Source of the DNA: Chloroflexota bacterium
Lineage (GTDB): Bacteria; Chloroflexota; UBA11872; VXOZ01
Assembly (NCBI GenBank): GCA_965221905.1
Contig: OZ244922.1
Location: forward strand, 352,001-416,000
DNA: 64,000 nucleotides
Reading direction: 5' to 3'
Both the position numbers and the translations under genes were made by a program. Shown in pieces: positions 1-10,419 of the stretch (the stretch's first letter is position 1; every line of letters begins with the position of its first letter). The notes under the pieces are model-generated. The model saw only the letters and a list, made by a program, of their open reading frames with translations. It was not told the origin of the DNA and made no database searches.

Positions 1-1
1 C

Positions 2-499
2 ATCTGGCAGACCGGCAAGGTCGGCTTCCACATTACCAACGGCTACAAGCCGGCGGTCGAGTTCGAGGTGATCGGCGCTGCCCTGCCGTACACGGGCGAA
101 GCGCCAAACACGTCAGGACGTGCCTGGTACCCCGCCATTCTCATGGGCGTCGGCGACAAAGTGGACCACGCTTGGAACGTGATGAAGTGGATGATGTCGG
201 GCGAGAACAGCGTTGGCTACACGTTGGCCGTAAACCACACGATCAGCCCCGTCGCGGCAGTTTCCACGCTGCCCGCAGAGAGGTTGAAGGCAGAGACGGG
301 CTACGACTCGGTTGCCCACGCCAATCAGTCGGCGTACAGCGGCCCGGCCGGCTGGGGCTTGCTGCGCTACACAACGTGGGGTGAATGGCGCGCCGCCATC
401 GATCCGATCTACAAGGAGTTCAACGCGGGCAACATGACCACCGAGGAATATGGACGCACCGCCACCGATCTGCTGAATGCGCTTATTATTCCAGGATAG
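2..499 (+). CDS. ABC transporter extracellular solute-binding protein, C-terminal part (5' end outside window)
   Basis: Open frame from base 2 (IWQTGKVGFHITNG...) to TAG at 499; WxxGKVG...AWxVMKWM pattern typical of sugar-binding SBP family 1. Confidence 0.65.
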   Translation: MWQTGKVGFHITNGYKPAVEFEVIGAALPYTGEAPNTSGRAWYPAILMGVGDKVDHAWNVMKWMMSGENSVGYTLAVNHTISPVAAVSTLPAERLKAETGYDSVAHANQSAYSGPAGWGLLRYTTWGEWRAAIDPIYKEFNAGNMTTEEYGRTATDLLNALIIPG

Positions 500-558
500 G
501 GACGGCAGGACTGTTTGTTCCCGGCGTAATTGAATGAGCAGTCGCTCTGAAGATGGCA

Positions 559-597
559 AGTAAAGAGGCGGGAGGCTTGACCTCCCGCCTCTTTACT
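559..597 (+). terminator. Perfect 17-bp-stem hairpin, probable intrinsic terminator
   Basis: AGTAAAGAGGCGGGAGG-CTTGA-CCTCCCGCCTCTTTACT, 60 nt after the SBP stop. Confidence 0.75.
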
Positions 598-617
598 GAA
601 GTCATCGTGCAACTAAG

Positions 618-930
618 GTGATCATCGGAGTCGATACTCACAAGGATCAGCAAGTAGCTGTGGCCATTCACGGGCTAGGTGTCCGGCTTGGAGAGAGCCA
701 TGTGCCTGCGACCACCTGTGGGTACGAAGAGATCGAGAAGTGATCCCAGAGCCTCGGAGATGTTCGCGACTTCGGGATAAAAGGCACTGGCTATTACGGC
801 GCCTGATTTGCCCGGTCCCTGACCGGCCAGGGCCATACTGTCGTCGAAGTGAACCGGCCTGACCGTTCAGCCCGTTATCGAAATGGCAAGAGCGACCCCA
901 CCGATGCTGAGTCGGCAGCGCGCGCCGCTT
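618..930 (+). pseudogene. IS110-family transposase remnant (N-terminal DEDD domain) with two in-frame TGA stops
   Basis: Translates VIIGVDTHKDQQVAVAI...GYEEIEK*SQSLGDVRDFGIKGTGYYGA*FARSL...VVEVNRPDRSARYRNGKSDPTDAESAARA, matching IS110 motifs GVDTHK, EGTGSYGAG and KSDxxDA; truncated. Confidence 0.85.
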
Positions 931-938
931 GTTTGACG

Positions 939-2309
939 TCAAGCAGAAGGTTCCGTTTCTTCTCCATCCTCCGACTGAGCCTTTACGCTCCGGTACTCCT
1001 CCAAGCAATCAAGGACAATTCTGTTGACCTCAGGGAACTGGCATTGGGCAAAGTCCTCGAGTCTACCGGAAATGGTCTGGCGAATCCTCTCCTCGTCCCA
1101 CCAGTGCTCGTAGTCCGAACTCTCCAGTATGCTCACCCCAAAGGGCAGCGAGATGTAGTTGTCTTCGGCGTATCCCGGCAGCCAACCCTCGAAAATCGAG
1201 GGGTTTGCCGCGACACGATCGAATATCCTTTTCTTCAGGTCGTCAGGGCCTCTCTTAGCGAAGAGCAGGGACAGGTCCGCCCCGTGGTCTGTGACATGAA
1301 TATCAAATAACAATAGGCTTTTAGGAAAAGAGTCAATCTTGAGTACCTCGTACGCGTCCCAATCGGCGGAGATAAACCGGGCATACGGATGATTGCACTG
1401 GCCTTCCTTCCATTCCTTGTTCCTGCGGACCGCCTCGCGCACCATGCGGAATCCCTCGGTCACGTAGTTGGGCTCGTACCGGCCCCGGTGCTCGATAATC
1501 AGATCGATGGCCTTCTTATGCTTCCGGTAGATCTTACAGGCCAGCTTGTGAACGTCGTCGCTGACTTCAGGCACGATATTTCTCCTCAAAGTGATCCCGT
1601 ATTGACGTAGCGTGGCGGCAACGTCCTGGTGAACAGAGGCGCCCTTTTCCTCGATGGTCCGATGAAGAATTTGCGATATGCGCGAGTAGTCAATCGTAGT
1701 CCAATGGTCCCTTTCCGTTGCGTCTTCGGGGATATCCCCCCTCGGCGTGAGAAACACCAGGTAAATCGTGTAGCCTGAGTAAAGCGCCTTGAGTGCCTTC
1801 CGATAGAAGGCCAGTTGGCTCCCGCTTTCCGGCGACCATACTTTGTTTTCCACCGCGCACAGGAATCTGGCCTGCTCATTGAGGATGCAGATGTCCAACC
1901 GGCCGCTTTCCCCGTCAAGTTCGAGATATTGCTCTCGGCGCACCGTCGTGCCCATCCGGGCACCGGCGCGAACTGCGCGGGCGGCGCCGATTTCGGCAAG
2001 AAACTCTCTGAGGAAATAATCGTCGAGGCCGTGATTGCCTCCGGGGCACAACAGCCAGGCGAGAAAATTGGAATGAAAACTCTCCAATCCATCCAATCGC
2101 AAGGTCCTGAAGACGTCCACCTCCTCTTGCCACCTTGGAGCGATGGCCGCCAACCGCTCCATATCCTCTCCGTCCTCCTCCAAGCGCCGCAAGGACCGGC
2201 GAGCGGTTTCATCCTGGAGGATGAAGAGTTGCTCGAGGTCTCCCAAGTCGTCCTGCAGTTCTTCCAAGGCCCCAGTCAGCCCAGGGCTTCGACTGCCGTG
2301 AGTCGTCAT
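939..2309 (-). CDS. PD-(D/E)XK nuclease family protein (PDDEXK_4-like)
   Basis: Motifs ExxHSNFLAWLLxP, RLDI, AVENKV, EsxQLxxY; ATG at 2309 preceded by AAGGA RBS. Confidence 0.8.
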   Translation of the reverse strand: MTTHGSRSPGLTGALEELQDDLGDLEQLFILQDETARRSLRRLEEDGEDMERLAAIAPRWQEEVDVFRTLRLDGLESFHSNFLAWLLCPGGNHGLDDYFLREFLAEIGAARAVRAGARMGTTVRREQYLELDGESGRLDICILNEQARFLCAVENKVWSPESGSQLAFYRKALKALYSGYTIYLVFLTPRGDIPEDATERDHWTTIDYSRISQILHRTIEEKGASVHQDVAATLRQYGITLRRNIVPEVSDDVHKLACKIYRKHKKAIDLIIEHRGRYEPNYVTEGFRMVREAVRRNKEWKEGQCNHPYARFISADWDAYEVLKIDSFPKSLLLFDIHVTDHGADLSLLFAKRGPDDLKKRIFDRVAANPSIFEGWLPGYAEDNYISLPFGVSILESSDYEHWWDEERIRQTISGRLEDFAQCQFPEVNRIVLDCLEEYRSVKAQSEDGEETEPSA

Positions 2310-2319
2310 AGCGTCCTTA

Positions 2320-2520
2320 GAGCCTATTTGAAAAAATACCTGCGTGGTGGGATGGGAGGTGTCCGCCAAACTCACCTACCAGGCAGGAAGATACCATTGT
2401 CGCACAGCGAGCGGAGGTATACTAGCAATCTGACGGACCAGCAGTGGGAAGTAGTGCGTCCGCTGTTGGTCCCGCAGTGGAAAGGGCCCGGACGCCCACT
2501 GGCAATGGCAGTGAGGGGAA
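2320..2520 (+). pseudogene. IS5-family (IS1031/IS427-like) left end with transposase N-terminal fragment
   Basis: GAGCCTATTTGAAAA IR-like end after TTA; peptide RRYTSNLTDQQWEVVRPLL...GPGRP resembles the DUF4096 start YPSDLTDxQW. Confidence 0.7.
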
Positions 2521-2775
2521 GCCTGGCGCTTCCTCTCACTGTCTCGTTTTGTGCACACTGTGTGTATTCGCCCTAGCCCTCAATCGCAAATGGCAGAAAG
2601 GGCGGCCATTGGTGGCAGCATTGCTTGTCGGTCTGGCAGCTCACTTGCTCCTATGTTTCTGAAGAGGCAGCGAAATTCCTAGCTTTACCACGCACTCTCT
2701 ATAATGGGTGCAGTACGACGATCCCCTTGCCAATAGCGAGTCGTGCGCAACCACGAGGAAGAGAGGGAGCCCACA

Positions 2776-4080
2776 GTGGATACGCTGCTGTGGCAAACAG
2801 AGATTACTGTCTCCTGGGTCGGCACTGACCGCGTCGTGCCGCTCACGAACTGGGCGGGGCGCTGCTATCCTTCCTTTCCGGGCGGCGACGAGTTTCTGGC
2901 TCGTGTGCTCGGCATAACACCGGAAGACCATGTGTTGGACGTGGGCGGTGGGGCGGAGCCGTTTCACTATGCATCCGTGGTTTGCGAGAGAGATTTGCGG
3001 GGAACGGGCCAACGGGCCGGTCGCAGCGCGAAACTAGACCGGCGCTTCGTTGCCGGTGATGCGCAGGCACTGCCTTTCCCGAGCGCGAGCTTCGATATTG
3101 CGTTCTCCCGCCACGTGCTCGAGCACGTGGCCGACCCCAAAGCGGCGTGCACTGAGATGATGCGCGTGGCTGCCCGCGGCTATATCGAAACCCCTTGTGC
3201 CCTAAGCGAATACCTGGTCGGCGACCCGACGCATCGCTGGCTGGTGCGTGCGGAAGAGCGCACGCTCATCTTCACGCCTCGCCCCTTTGTCGAGCATCCC
3301 TTTGGCAATGTGTTACGCTGGCTGCTCCACGCGGACAGCGAGCTCTTCTTCCAGTGGGAGATGGCGTATCGCAACGTGACGAATACACAGTTCTACTGGG
3401 AAGAACCCTTCGACGTCGTCGTCGAACAAGCGGCGACGACCGACTATCGGCTTGCAGACCCAGGCCAACTCCTGCGGTCGTACGTCGACTTTGCGCGGAA
3501 TGGAGTTGCCCACGACTCTGCAAACACCGCGGACGTTATTGCCGCCATCAAGTCCGCTCTGGAGTTAGCGCCCGACCATCCGGACGTACAACCACTGGCG
3601 GGATTCGCCTACCCACTGCGTTACGCCGGGGACATCCTTCACGCTGAGCGGGTTACACAGAATGCGCTCGTCATGGGCACCAACGAAGCGTCCCAGCTTG
3701 GCGGCGGGTGGTTTGGCGTCGAGCAATGGCCGCCGGCGGTGCGCTGGACCGGCCCTGAAGCGGTCGCCTACATGCGGCGGCAGGGCGAGCGGCGGCTTTC
3801 GTTGCGCCTCTTCACCGGGCCGGAAGCGTTGCGCCGCACCGTTACCGGCACTCTCTATGTGAATGAAGCCGCGCACCCGGTGGCACTCGAGGCCGGAACG
3901 TGGGTAGACCTCTCGTTTCCATTGCCTGCCGGCGCCGGTGATATTGTTACCGTGGGAATGCGCTGGGACGTCCCTTGGACGCCGCAACAGGTGCTCGGCT
4001 CTCCCGATACGCGCCAACTCGGCGTGGCCGTGCACGAATTACGCTTGCATGATGCGAAGCGCTTCATGTTTAGGCGCTGA
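2776..4080 (+). CDS. Class I SAM-dependent methyltransferase with C-terminal beta-sandwich extension
   Basis: VLDVGGG motif I, GDAQALPFPSASFD, HVLEHV; C-terminal GW...E...RWT...DTRQLGVAV domain; GTG with GAGGGAG RBS (ORF track starts at 2743). Confidence 0.75.
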   Translation: MDTLLWQTEITVSWVGTDRVVPLTNWAGRCYPSFPGGDEFLARVLGITPEDHVLDVGGGAEPFHYASVVCERDLRGTGQRAGRSAKLDRRFVAGDAQALPFPSASFDIAFSRHVLEHVADPKAACTEMMRVAARGYIETPCALSEYLVGDPTHRWLVRAEERTLIFTPRPFVEHPFGNVLRWLLHADSELFFQWEMAYRNVTNTQFYWEEPFDVVVEQAATTDYRLADPGQLLRSYVDFARNGVAHDSANTADVIAAIKSALELAPDHPDVQPLAGFAYPLRYAGDILHAERVTQNALVMGTNEASQLGGGWFGVEQWPPAVRWTGPEAVAYMRRQGERRLSLRLFTGPEALRRTVTGTLYVNEAAHPVALEAGTWVDLSFPLPAGAGDIVTVGMRWDVPWTPQQVLGSPDTRQLGVAVHELRLHDAKRFMFRR

Positions 4081-4909
4081 TCTGACGAAGCCATGCCACA
4101 AACGACTCCGCACACCAGCGCGCCGGTTCAGCCTCGGCGAGCTCCAGCCACGCGTCGACCATCGGCCGCGCGCGGGTACAACGGACGGTAGCGGCGCCAA
4201 TCGTTCCATAGCGTAGGAGACCCCTCTCCGCGAGAATTGACTCGATCGCCTCGCGCGGCTCTAGACCGATGCTCGGCCACACGCCCGGTTGCTGCCACCC
4301 CATGATTTGCGCTGCCAGCTCGTCGCGCTGCTCCGGCGCGGCTCTTTGCAAAGCATGCTCTACCAGCAGACTCTCTACCAAGTGCACCATCGTGTTGAAG
4401 TGAAAGTTCACACCCAGGAAGCAATAGGCCACGTTCCAGTCGTAGAACTTCTGCCAGGGGCTTTCCCGCGCAAAGGCGCGCGGACCCCACGGCCCGGCGC
4501 GCGGGCCCGAGGCGCCGTGATCCGCCGTCAGTTCCTGTGCTCGTGGGCCGATAGCCGACACGGAATGAGTCCCATGGTCGCTGCGCACGGCGTCGGGCCG
4601 GTGGCGAAGGACCTCAGTGATATGGCCCACGCAGGAAGGCGACGTTGCAATGTTCCAGCGCGCAAAGGTTAGATGCCGCTCGCCGTCCGGCATGCGGCAG
4701 AGGGTTGGTACGACAACGGTGCCGCTGGGTCCCACCGCATCCAGAAATCCATCGATCATCGTATCCGCGCCGCCCACGACCCAGCCCATGCTGCTCAGCG
4801 AGCTGTGGAAAATTACGGTGTCGTTACACCGGACGCCAATTTCCTTCAGTGCGGCGGCGATCTCCTCACGGGTAACGTGAATTCCCGTTTCGCCAGCGTC
4901 AGACTCCAT
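4070..4909 (-). CDS. Aminoglycoside 3-N-acetyltransferase family (AAC(3)/YokD-like) protein
   Basis: HSSLSSMGWVVGG, GTVVVPT, RSxHxTHSVSAIG, SPW, LGV...NTMVHLVE. Confidence 0.85.
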   Translation of the reverse strand: MESDAGETGIHVTREEIAAALKEIGVRCNDTVIFHSSLSSMGWVVGGADTMIDGFLDAVGPSGTVVVPTLCRMPDGERHLTFARWNIATSPSCVGHITEVLRHRPDAVRSDHGTHSVSAIGPRAQELTADHGASGPRAGPWGPRAFARESPWQKFYDWNVAYCFLGVNFHFNTMVHLVESLLVEHALQRAAPEQRDELAAQIMGWQQPGVWPSIGLEPREAIESILAERGLLRYGTIGAATVRCTRARPMVDAWLELAEAEPARWCAESFVAWLRQISA

Positions 4910-5126
4910 GTGCGCACTCCCTCCACATTCTCCCAGTCTCGTACGCGCCTATTCTACTAGGGGCATGGCAATGCTAGTATAGTGTTAGTCACGTGCGGGA
5001 AACAGTCACCGCGAGCAAATCAGCCATCCGGCTTAGGGACTTTCATGGCGGTTCGCATCCAGGCACAGGTGCTGAAAAGCTCCTTCACGAAAGAGTGGCG
5101 CCTTGCCGGAAGGAATCGGTAACAAT

Positions 5127-6329
5127 ATGTACGGCGTTATCTGGACGTATCCCTGGGACCTGCTCGACGAAGGTGTCGATACGGCTTTGGCGCGGATCGC
5201 CAATGAGGGCGGCATGAAGGCGGTCTCCCTCAGCCACAGCTACCACAACGTCAAGCACCTGCGGCCCCACAACCCTAAGCGCAAGCTCTTTGTCGCCAAC
5301 TCGTCAGCGATCTACTTTCAACCTGATCTCGAGCGTTACGACACCATCAAGCCCATCGTCGCCCCGCTTGTCCGGGAAGACGACGTGCTGCGCCGTACGC
5401 GTGACGCCGTAGAGAAGCACGGCCTTGCCTATCACGCCTGGACAGTCACCTTGCACAATAGTGCGCTCGGCGCTATCTACCCTGAAATCAACACGCTCAA
5501 TGCGCTGAATGACCGGGTACCGCACTATCTTTGCCCCAGCAATCCCGACGTACGCGCCTATATTGCGGCGCTGGTTAGCGACATTGCTGATAACCTCGCT
5601 CCGGCTGCGGTAGAGCTGGAGTTCCTGCATTTTGGCGGCTTCGAACACGACGTTCACCACGGCATAGGGAGTGTAGTGTTGGATGCGTTCACCGAATATC
5701 TGCTGGGCCTCTGCTTTTGCCCGCATTGCATGGGACGCGCTCAAGCGACAGGTGTGGACGGCGCAGCCGTGCGGCAGTGGGCACGAGGACACCTCATCGA
5801 CTACTTGGAAGGCGATGATGTACCCCCGCTCGGCCGTTTGGGCGACAACATTGCCGGCCACGCGCTGACATTCCCCGCACTAGACGGCTACCTGCGCACG
5901 CGTATCGATACCGTCATGTCGCTCTGGGCGGAGTGCAAGGAAGCCCTGGGCGGAAAATCGGACTTTGTGCCCATCGTAAACATGGGCGGCGTCTCGCCGG
6001 ATCAAGCCGCCGTGCTCCAGGCGCTGGACGGCGTTGACGTTGGCCGGGCCCTCGATGCCGGCATCCCGAATGAACTTCTCGACTGCCAAGGTTATTCGCT
6101 GGACGGTCTTGTTCTCGCGCGTGCCGTCCACGATTTGCAGCGTCTCGTGAATGATCGCGTGCCTATCCGCGAGGGACTGCGCCTCATTCCGCCCCAGGTC
6201 ATTACGTCGGCGGACGTGGCCGGGCAGATTGGAGAGGTGCGCGCGCTCGGCATCGACCGCGTTAGCCTCTACAATTACGGCCTCATGCGGTTGGCAAACC
6301 TGCGTGCGGCAAAGCAGGCGCTGGCGTAG
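5127..6329 (+). CDS. Putative TIM-barrel glycoside hydrolase-like protein
   Basis: YPWDL...SYH, LCPSNPDVRAY, VELE, CFCPHC, YNYG motifs seen in GHL-type hypothetical proteins. Confidence 0.55.
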   Translation: MYGVIWTYPWDLLDEGVDTALARIANEGGMKAVSLSHSYHNVKHLRPHNPKRKLFVANSSAIYFQPDLERYDTIKPIVAPLVREDDVLRRTRDAVEKHGLAYHAWTVTLHNSALGAIYPEINTLNALNDRVPHYLCPSNPDVRAYIAALVSDIADNLAPAAVELEFLHFGGFEHDVHHGIGSVVLDAFTEYLLGLCFCPHCMGRAQATGVDGAAVRQWARGHLIDYLEGDDVPPLGRLGDNIAGHALTFPALDGYLRTRIDTVMSLWAECKEALGGKSDFVPIVNMGGVSPDQAAVLQALDGVDVGRALDAGIPNELLDCQGYSLDGLVLARAVHDLQRLVNDRVPIREGLRLIPPQVITSADVAGQIGEVRALGIDRVSLYNYGLMRLANLRAAKQALA

Positions 6330-6383
6330 GCAGTTTGCGCGCCGCTCTCCTTTCCAAAGCATGGTGCAGAATTGTGGAGCGGC

Positions 6384-6411
6384 GTAGGGGCACGACATGT
6401 CGTGCCCCTAC
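6384..6411. repeat. GTAG-type REP-like perfect palindrome
   Basis: GTAGGGGCACGACATGTCGTGCCCCTAC; related copy at 57669-57696. Confidence 0.8.
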
Positions 6412-6476
6412 AATGAAAACGCTTGATTCACGTATAGCCGCAAAGTTTACGTATTACGCACACTGAGAGGATACAC

Positions 6477-7493
6477 ATGGTAAACATTACACAGTGGAAG
6501 TACGGCAAGCAGTGGGTATACTCCACGACCTACGATGAAGTGGTGACCTCGACGGTCCAGAATGGGCTTCCCATTCACGAGCAGTTTGGCGTGCCCGGGC
6601 ACATAACAGTAGTTGTGGGACAGATGGGAGAACCCCGCGACGTGCAGGGCAGCGGCTACGATGCTACGTATAGGCACATCTCCGTTGAAGAGTGCAAGCT
6701 CGCCCAGCGCTACGGCTGGACGGTTTCCAACCATTCCATGACGCACAACAAGCTGCCCGGCAGCATGGCCGTGCCGGAGAACGCCCGGATCGAGGTGGTA
6801 GACGCCGCGCGCCTACTGGAAGAGCGGCTCGGCACCCTCGTAACCACGTTTATTGCGCCGGGGAGCGATCACTGCCTACCGTATGCCTGGCCGCTGGCGG
6901 AGGAGGCCGGGTGCCTGAGCATGTTCGGCGTACGCGATCGGCTTAACTATCCCGACACGGACTTGATGCAACTCTGCCGCCCGGTGGTCTACCACAAGCT
7001 CGACGAATACAACCGGCGTTACGATCCGTACCGGCTCGTGTACCGTGCCCGTGAGACGAGCGGGTGGATAGTGGACTACACGCATGCGGTGCAGGACGAA
7101 CTCGTAATCCCCAATCGCGAGTTGACGCCAGCGGAGCTCGGAACTCGACTGGAAGCCGTAACGCGGGTTGGCGGGGATGAGGTCTGGCTGGCGGTGCCGG
7201 AAGAGGTGGTGGACTACCTAATCATGGCACGCGAGACGACGGTTATTGACGAGCAACGCACGCAGACCGCCATCACGTACCGCTTGGAAGCGCCTGCCGT
7301 TTCAGAGCGTGTGCAATGGCGCACGGTTACGTTCACGTGCACGGTCCCCCAAGAATGGTCGCACGTTGACGTACAGGTTACACATGCGGATGGATATGAA
7401 CCGGTCGCTCTTGAGCGTATCGACGACACGACCATCCGTTTCAGCCATCGCGTGTACGACGGCCAACATGTGAGGATCAAGCCGAAGTCATAA
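6477..7493 (+). CDS. Polysaccharide deacetylase (NodB/CE4) family protein
   Basis: STTYDE (TFDD-like) and NHSMTH metal-binding motifs. Confidence 0.75.
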   Translation: MVNITQWKYGKQWVYSTTYDEVVTSTVQNGLPIHEQFGVPGHITVVVGQMGEPRDVQGSGYDATYRHISVEECKLAQRYGWTVSNHSMTHNKLPGSMAVPENARIEVVDAARLLEERLGTLVTTFIAPGSDHCLPYAWPLAEEAGCLSMFGVRDRLNYPDTDLMQLCRPVVYHKLDEYNRRYDPYRLVYRARETSGWIVDYTHAVQDELVIPNRELTPAELGTRLEAVTRVGGDEVWLAVPEEVVDYLIMARETTVIDEQRTQTAITYRLEAPAVSERVQWRTVTFTCTVPQEWSHVDVQVTHADGYEPVALERIDDTTIRFSHRVYDGQHVRIKPKS

Positions 7494-7576
7494 CGTTTGG
7501 CCGTAGTTGTTCGCCGCGTTCCCAGCCATCTAAGAACCATACTTGCTGCAGCGCACTGAATCCAGGAGCCACTGCC

Positions 7577-8899
7577 ATGTCGTCTCAGGACCCACCTGCC
7601 GCAGCCCTAGCCGAGATTGCGCGCCAGGCAACTGAAGCGCAGGACGAAGCTACCACCTTCCTGCGGCAGCTTGTTGCCTGCGAGACCGCAGTGCGGAGCC
7701 CCGTTACGCCGGAATTCCTCGCTGAGACGCGCAAGTGCCGCAGTCTTGTCGCCGGCATGCTCGAAGGACTTGGCTGCGAGGTGCATGAGTGGGATACGCA
7801 GGACGGGTACCCTACCCTGGCCGCGCGGCTTCCCGGCAGCGGCGTCGGCAGGTCGTTGACCTTCAACGGGCACATAGACGTGGTACCGGTGGGAAATACG
7901 TCGGCGTGGTCGCACGACCCGTGGGCGGGGGAGATTGTGGATGGCAAGCTCTACGGACGCGGCACGGCCGATATGAAAGCCGGTCTCGTGAGCATGATTT
8001 ACGCGGCCAAGAGTGTGCTGGCCGCCGGGTATCGTCCGACAGGCGACGTTTGGTTCCACGTGGTGAGCGATGAGGAGCTGGTAGGCTACGGCACGCGGGA
8101 CTGCATCGAAAAGTTTCCGGCTACTGCCGCCGTCCTCGATGCTGAACCGACCGACTTAACGGTCATCCCAACGGAGGGCGGTCTGGAACACCTGCGTATC
8201 GAGATCGAGGGTCGCGAAGCCCATGCCGGCAGCCGCTGGCGGAATCTGGCTCCAGGCGAAAACGGCCCTGGCGTCAACGCGGTGGAAAAAGGGGTGAAAC
8301 TCGTCACCGCTATCCAGGACTTGGAGCGTCAGTGGGTAAACCGCAAGTCGCATCCGCTCTTTCCGCCCGGGTATAATTCGCTCCTGCCCGCCATCTTCAT
8401 CGCCGGTCCTGGCGGCGGTCAGGACGGTCAGCTCAACGTGGTTAACAATCCCGGTACTATGGCGAACTACTGCGCCATCGAATACAACATCTGGTACTAC
8501 CCGGATGAGCCCTGCGAGCAAGTTAAAGCAGACTTCGAGGCGTTTGTGCACGCGGTCTGTCAGACTGACGAGTGGCTGCGTGAACACCCCCCGAAATTCA
8601 CCTGGGGCCTGCGCCACGTGACCTTCCCGGCTTTCGAGACCGCGCCCGACCATCCTTTCATCGAGCTGCTGATGCAGAGCGCGCAACACGCTGGTGTGCA
8701 CCCGGAGATCAAGGGATTCTCCGCCGCGAGCGACCTGGCCTGGTATGCACAGCGGGATATGCCCGGCTGCCTCTTCGGCCCCGGCGGCATTGCCCAAGCG
8801 CATAGTCCGGATGAATTCGTTTCGTTGGACGACTTCGCCCGCGCGATCCAGATTTGCGCTATGCAACTCGCTGGCTGGTGTGGTGTGGAAAAGGTGTAG
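7577..8899 (+). CDS. ArgE/DapE-family M20 deacylase
   Basis: FNGHIDVVP, GRGTADMKAG, DEE, AEPT, GPG..AQAHSPDE. Confidence 0.9.
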   Translation: MSSQDPPAAALAEIARQATEAQDEATTFLRQLVACETAVRSPVTPEFLAETRKCRSLVAGMLEGLGCEVHEWDTQDGYPTLAARLPGSGVGRSLTFNGHIDVVPVGNTSAWSHDPWAGEIVDGKLYGRGTADMKAGLVSMIYAAKSVLAAGYRPTGDVWFHVVSDEELVGYGTRDCIEKFPATAAVLDAEPTDLTVIPTEGGLEHLRIEIEGREAHAGSRWRNLAPGENGPGVNAVEKGVKLVTAIQDLERQWVNRKSHPLFPPGYNSLLPAIFIAGPGGGQDGQLNVVNNPGTMANYCAIEYNIWYYPDEPCEQVKADFEAFVHAVCQTDEWLREHPPKFTWGLRHVTFPAFETAPDHPFIELLMQSAQHAGVHPEIKGFSAASDLAWYAQRDMPGCLFGPGGIAQAHSPDEFVSLDDFARAIQICAMQLAGWCGVEKV

Positions 8900-9231
8900 G
8901 GGGTGCGTCGTTGGTTCTAGTCTTGCGTTGGGTCTTTTACATTGGGACCAGGGAGCGCTTACGAGCAAGTAGACCGTCTAGACTTGCGCAATGATCTCTA
9001 GCGACTCCGGTTATTCAAATGAATCCTTCAAAAGGCCCAAGACAATAGCCTCCGACCAAGAATCTCGAATGCATGAATCGTAGGTTCCTCACTGCGCGCG
9101 GAAGTGTAATTGTCAGGCAATTCGTTGAAAGAATTGCGACAAAAAGAAGGTAAGCGGTGCGCTGTGCATACCTTGCATACATGTTATTCCGAACGGAGCG
9201 CAGCGCAGTGTTGCTCTTAACGCGGATTCTA

Positions 9232-10419
9232 GGAAAACTCTGAACAAGTCCCTGGCATAGTATCATAGCAAGAAAGCAGGATACGGTGAGGAGCTGGGTA
9301 ATGGAGCAACCGACGTTTGCCGACTTGGAGTACGCGCAGAAGAAGCGCAAGACGCGCCGGGAGAAGTTCTTGGAGCGGATGGACGCGCTGCTCCCGTGGG
9401 CGGAGATGGAGGCGCGCATTGCGCCGTACTATCCCAAGCCAGGGCGGGGGCGGCGGCCGTATCCCTTGTCGGTAATGCTGCGGATACACTGCGTGCAGTT
9501 GTTCTACAACCTGAGCGATCCTGGGATGGAGGACATGCTGTACGAGGTAGAACCGGTGCGGCGGTTCGTGGGGCTGCGGCTGTCAGAGGCGCTGCCGGAC
9601 GAGACGACTATTCTGCACTTTCGGCATTTGCTGGAGAAGCACCGGTTAGGAGAGGGGTTGTTGGCGGAGATCAACGCGCATTTGGCAGGTCGGGGCTTGC
9701 GGCTGCGAGCGGGGACGGTAGTGGACGCGACCATCATCGCGGCGCCGACATCGACGAAGAACCGAGAGGGGGAGCGAGACCCGGCGATGCGGCAGGTGAA
9801 GAAGGGGAACCAGTATTACTTTGGGATGAAGCTGCACATCGGCGTCGACGCACAGACGGGGCTCGTGCATAGCTTCACCACCACATCGGCCAACGTGCAC
9901 GACGTAACGCAAGCGGCGGCGTTGCTGCACGGCGCAGAGCAGCAGGTGTGGGGAGACGCCGGGTACGTGGGGGTGCAGAAGCGACCGGAGCATCAGGGGC
10001 GCGCCGTAGCGTGGCAGGTGGCGCTCAAGCCGGGGCTGCGGCGGAAACTGGCGCCTGAGAGCGCGGCGGCGCTGGCAGAGCAGCGCAAAGCATCGGTTAG
10101 GGCCAAAGTAGAGCATCCGTTCCTGTGGGTGAAGCGGCACTTCGGCTACGCCACGGTGCGCTACCGGGGTCTGTCCAAGAACAGGCAACGGCTGGCGTTG
10201 CTGCTGGGGCTGACCAATGTGATGACGGCCGCACGCCAGTTGGCAACATGACACGGGAGCAGTGCGCCCAAAACACGGCCAGGAGCGTATTGCGCTTCCA
10301 ACGGGACCGCATCAAAGCCAAAACAGCCCCTCCCACATGCCAAGACACACCTCAAACCACCCCACAATCCCGCACATACCCATAAACCGATGCATATCCC
10401 GACTTGCTCAGACCTTTCC
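9232..10419 (+). mobile_element. IS5-family insertion sequence, copy 1 (1188 bp)
   Basis: IRs GGAAAACTCTGAACAAGTC / GACTTGCTCAGACCTTTCC (16/19 match); CTAG at both ends (9229-9232, 10419-10422). Confidence 0.95.
9301..10251 (+). CDS. IS5-family DDE transposase
   Basis: TRREKFLERMD, PDETTIL, VDATII, FGMKLHIGVD, GDAGY, RAKVEHPF. Confidence 0.95.
   Translation: MEQPTFADLEYAQKKRKTRREKFLERMDALLPWAEMEARIAPYYPKPGRGRRPYPLSVMLRIHCVQLFYNLSDPGMEDMLYEVEPVRRFVGLRLSEALPDETTILHFRHLLEKHRLGEGLLAEINAHLAGRGLRLRAGTVVDATIIAAPTSTKNREGERDPAMRQVKKGNQYYFGMKLHIGVDAQTGLVHSFTTTSANVHDVTQAAALLHGAEQQVWGDAGYVGVQKRPEHQGRAVAWQVALKPGLRRKLAPESAAALAEQRKASVRAKVEHPFLWVKRHFGYATVRYRGLSKNRQRLALLLGLTNVMTAARQLAT

Noticed and set aside
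618-930. TGA recoding in the IS110 fragment
   Set aside because: The TGAs replace Trp and Gly codons by single substitutions in a truncated gene, which is ordinary decay
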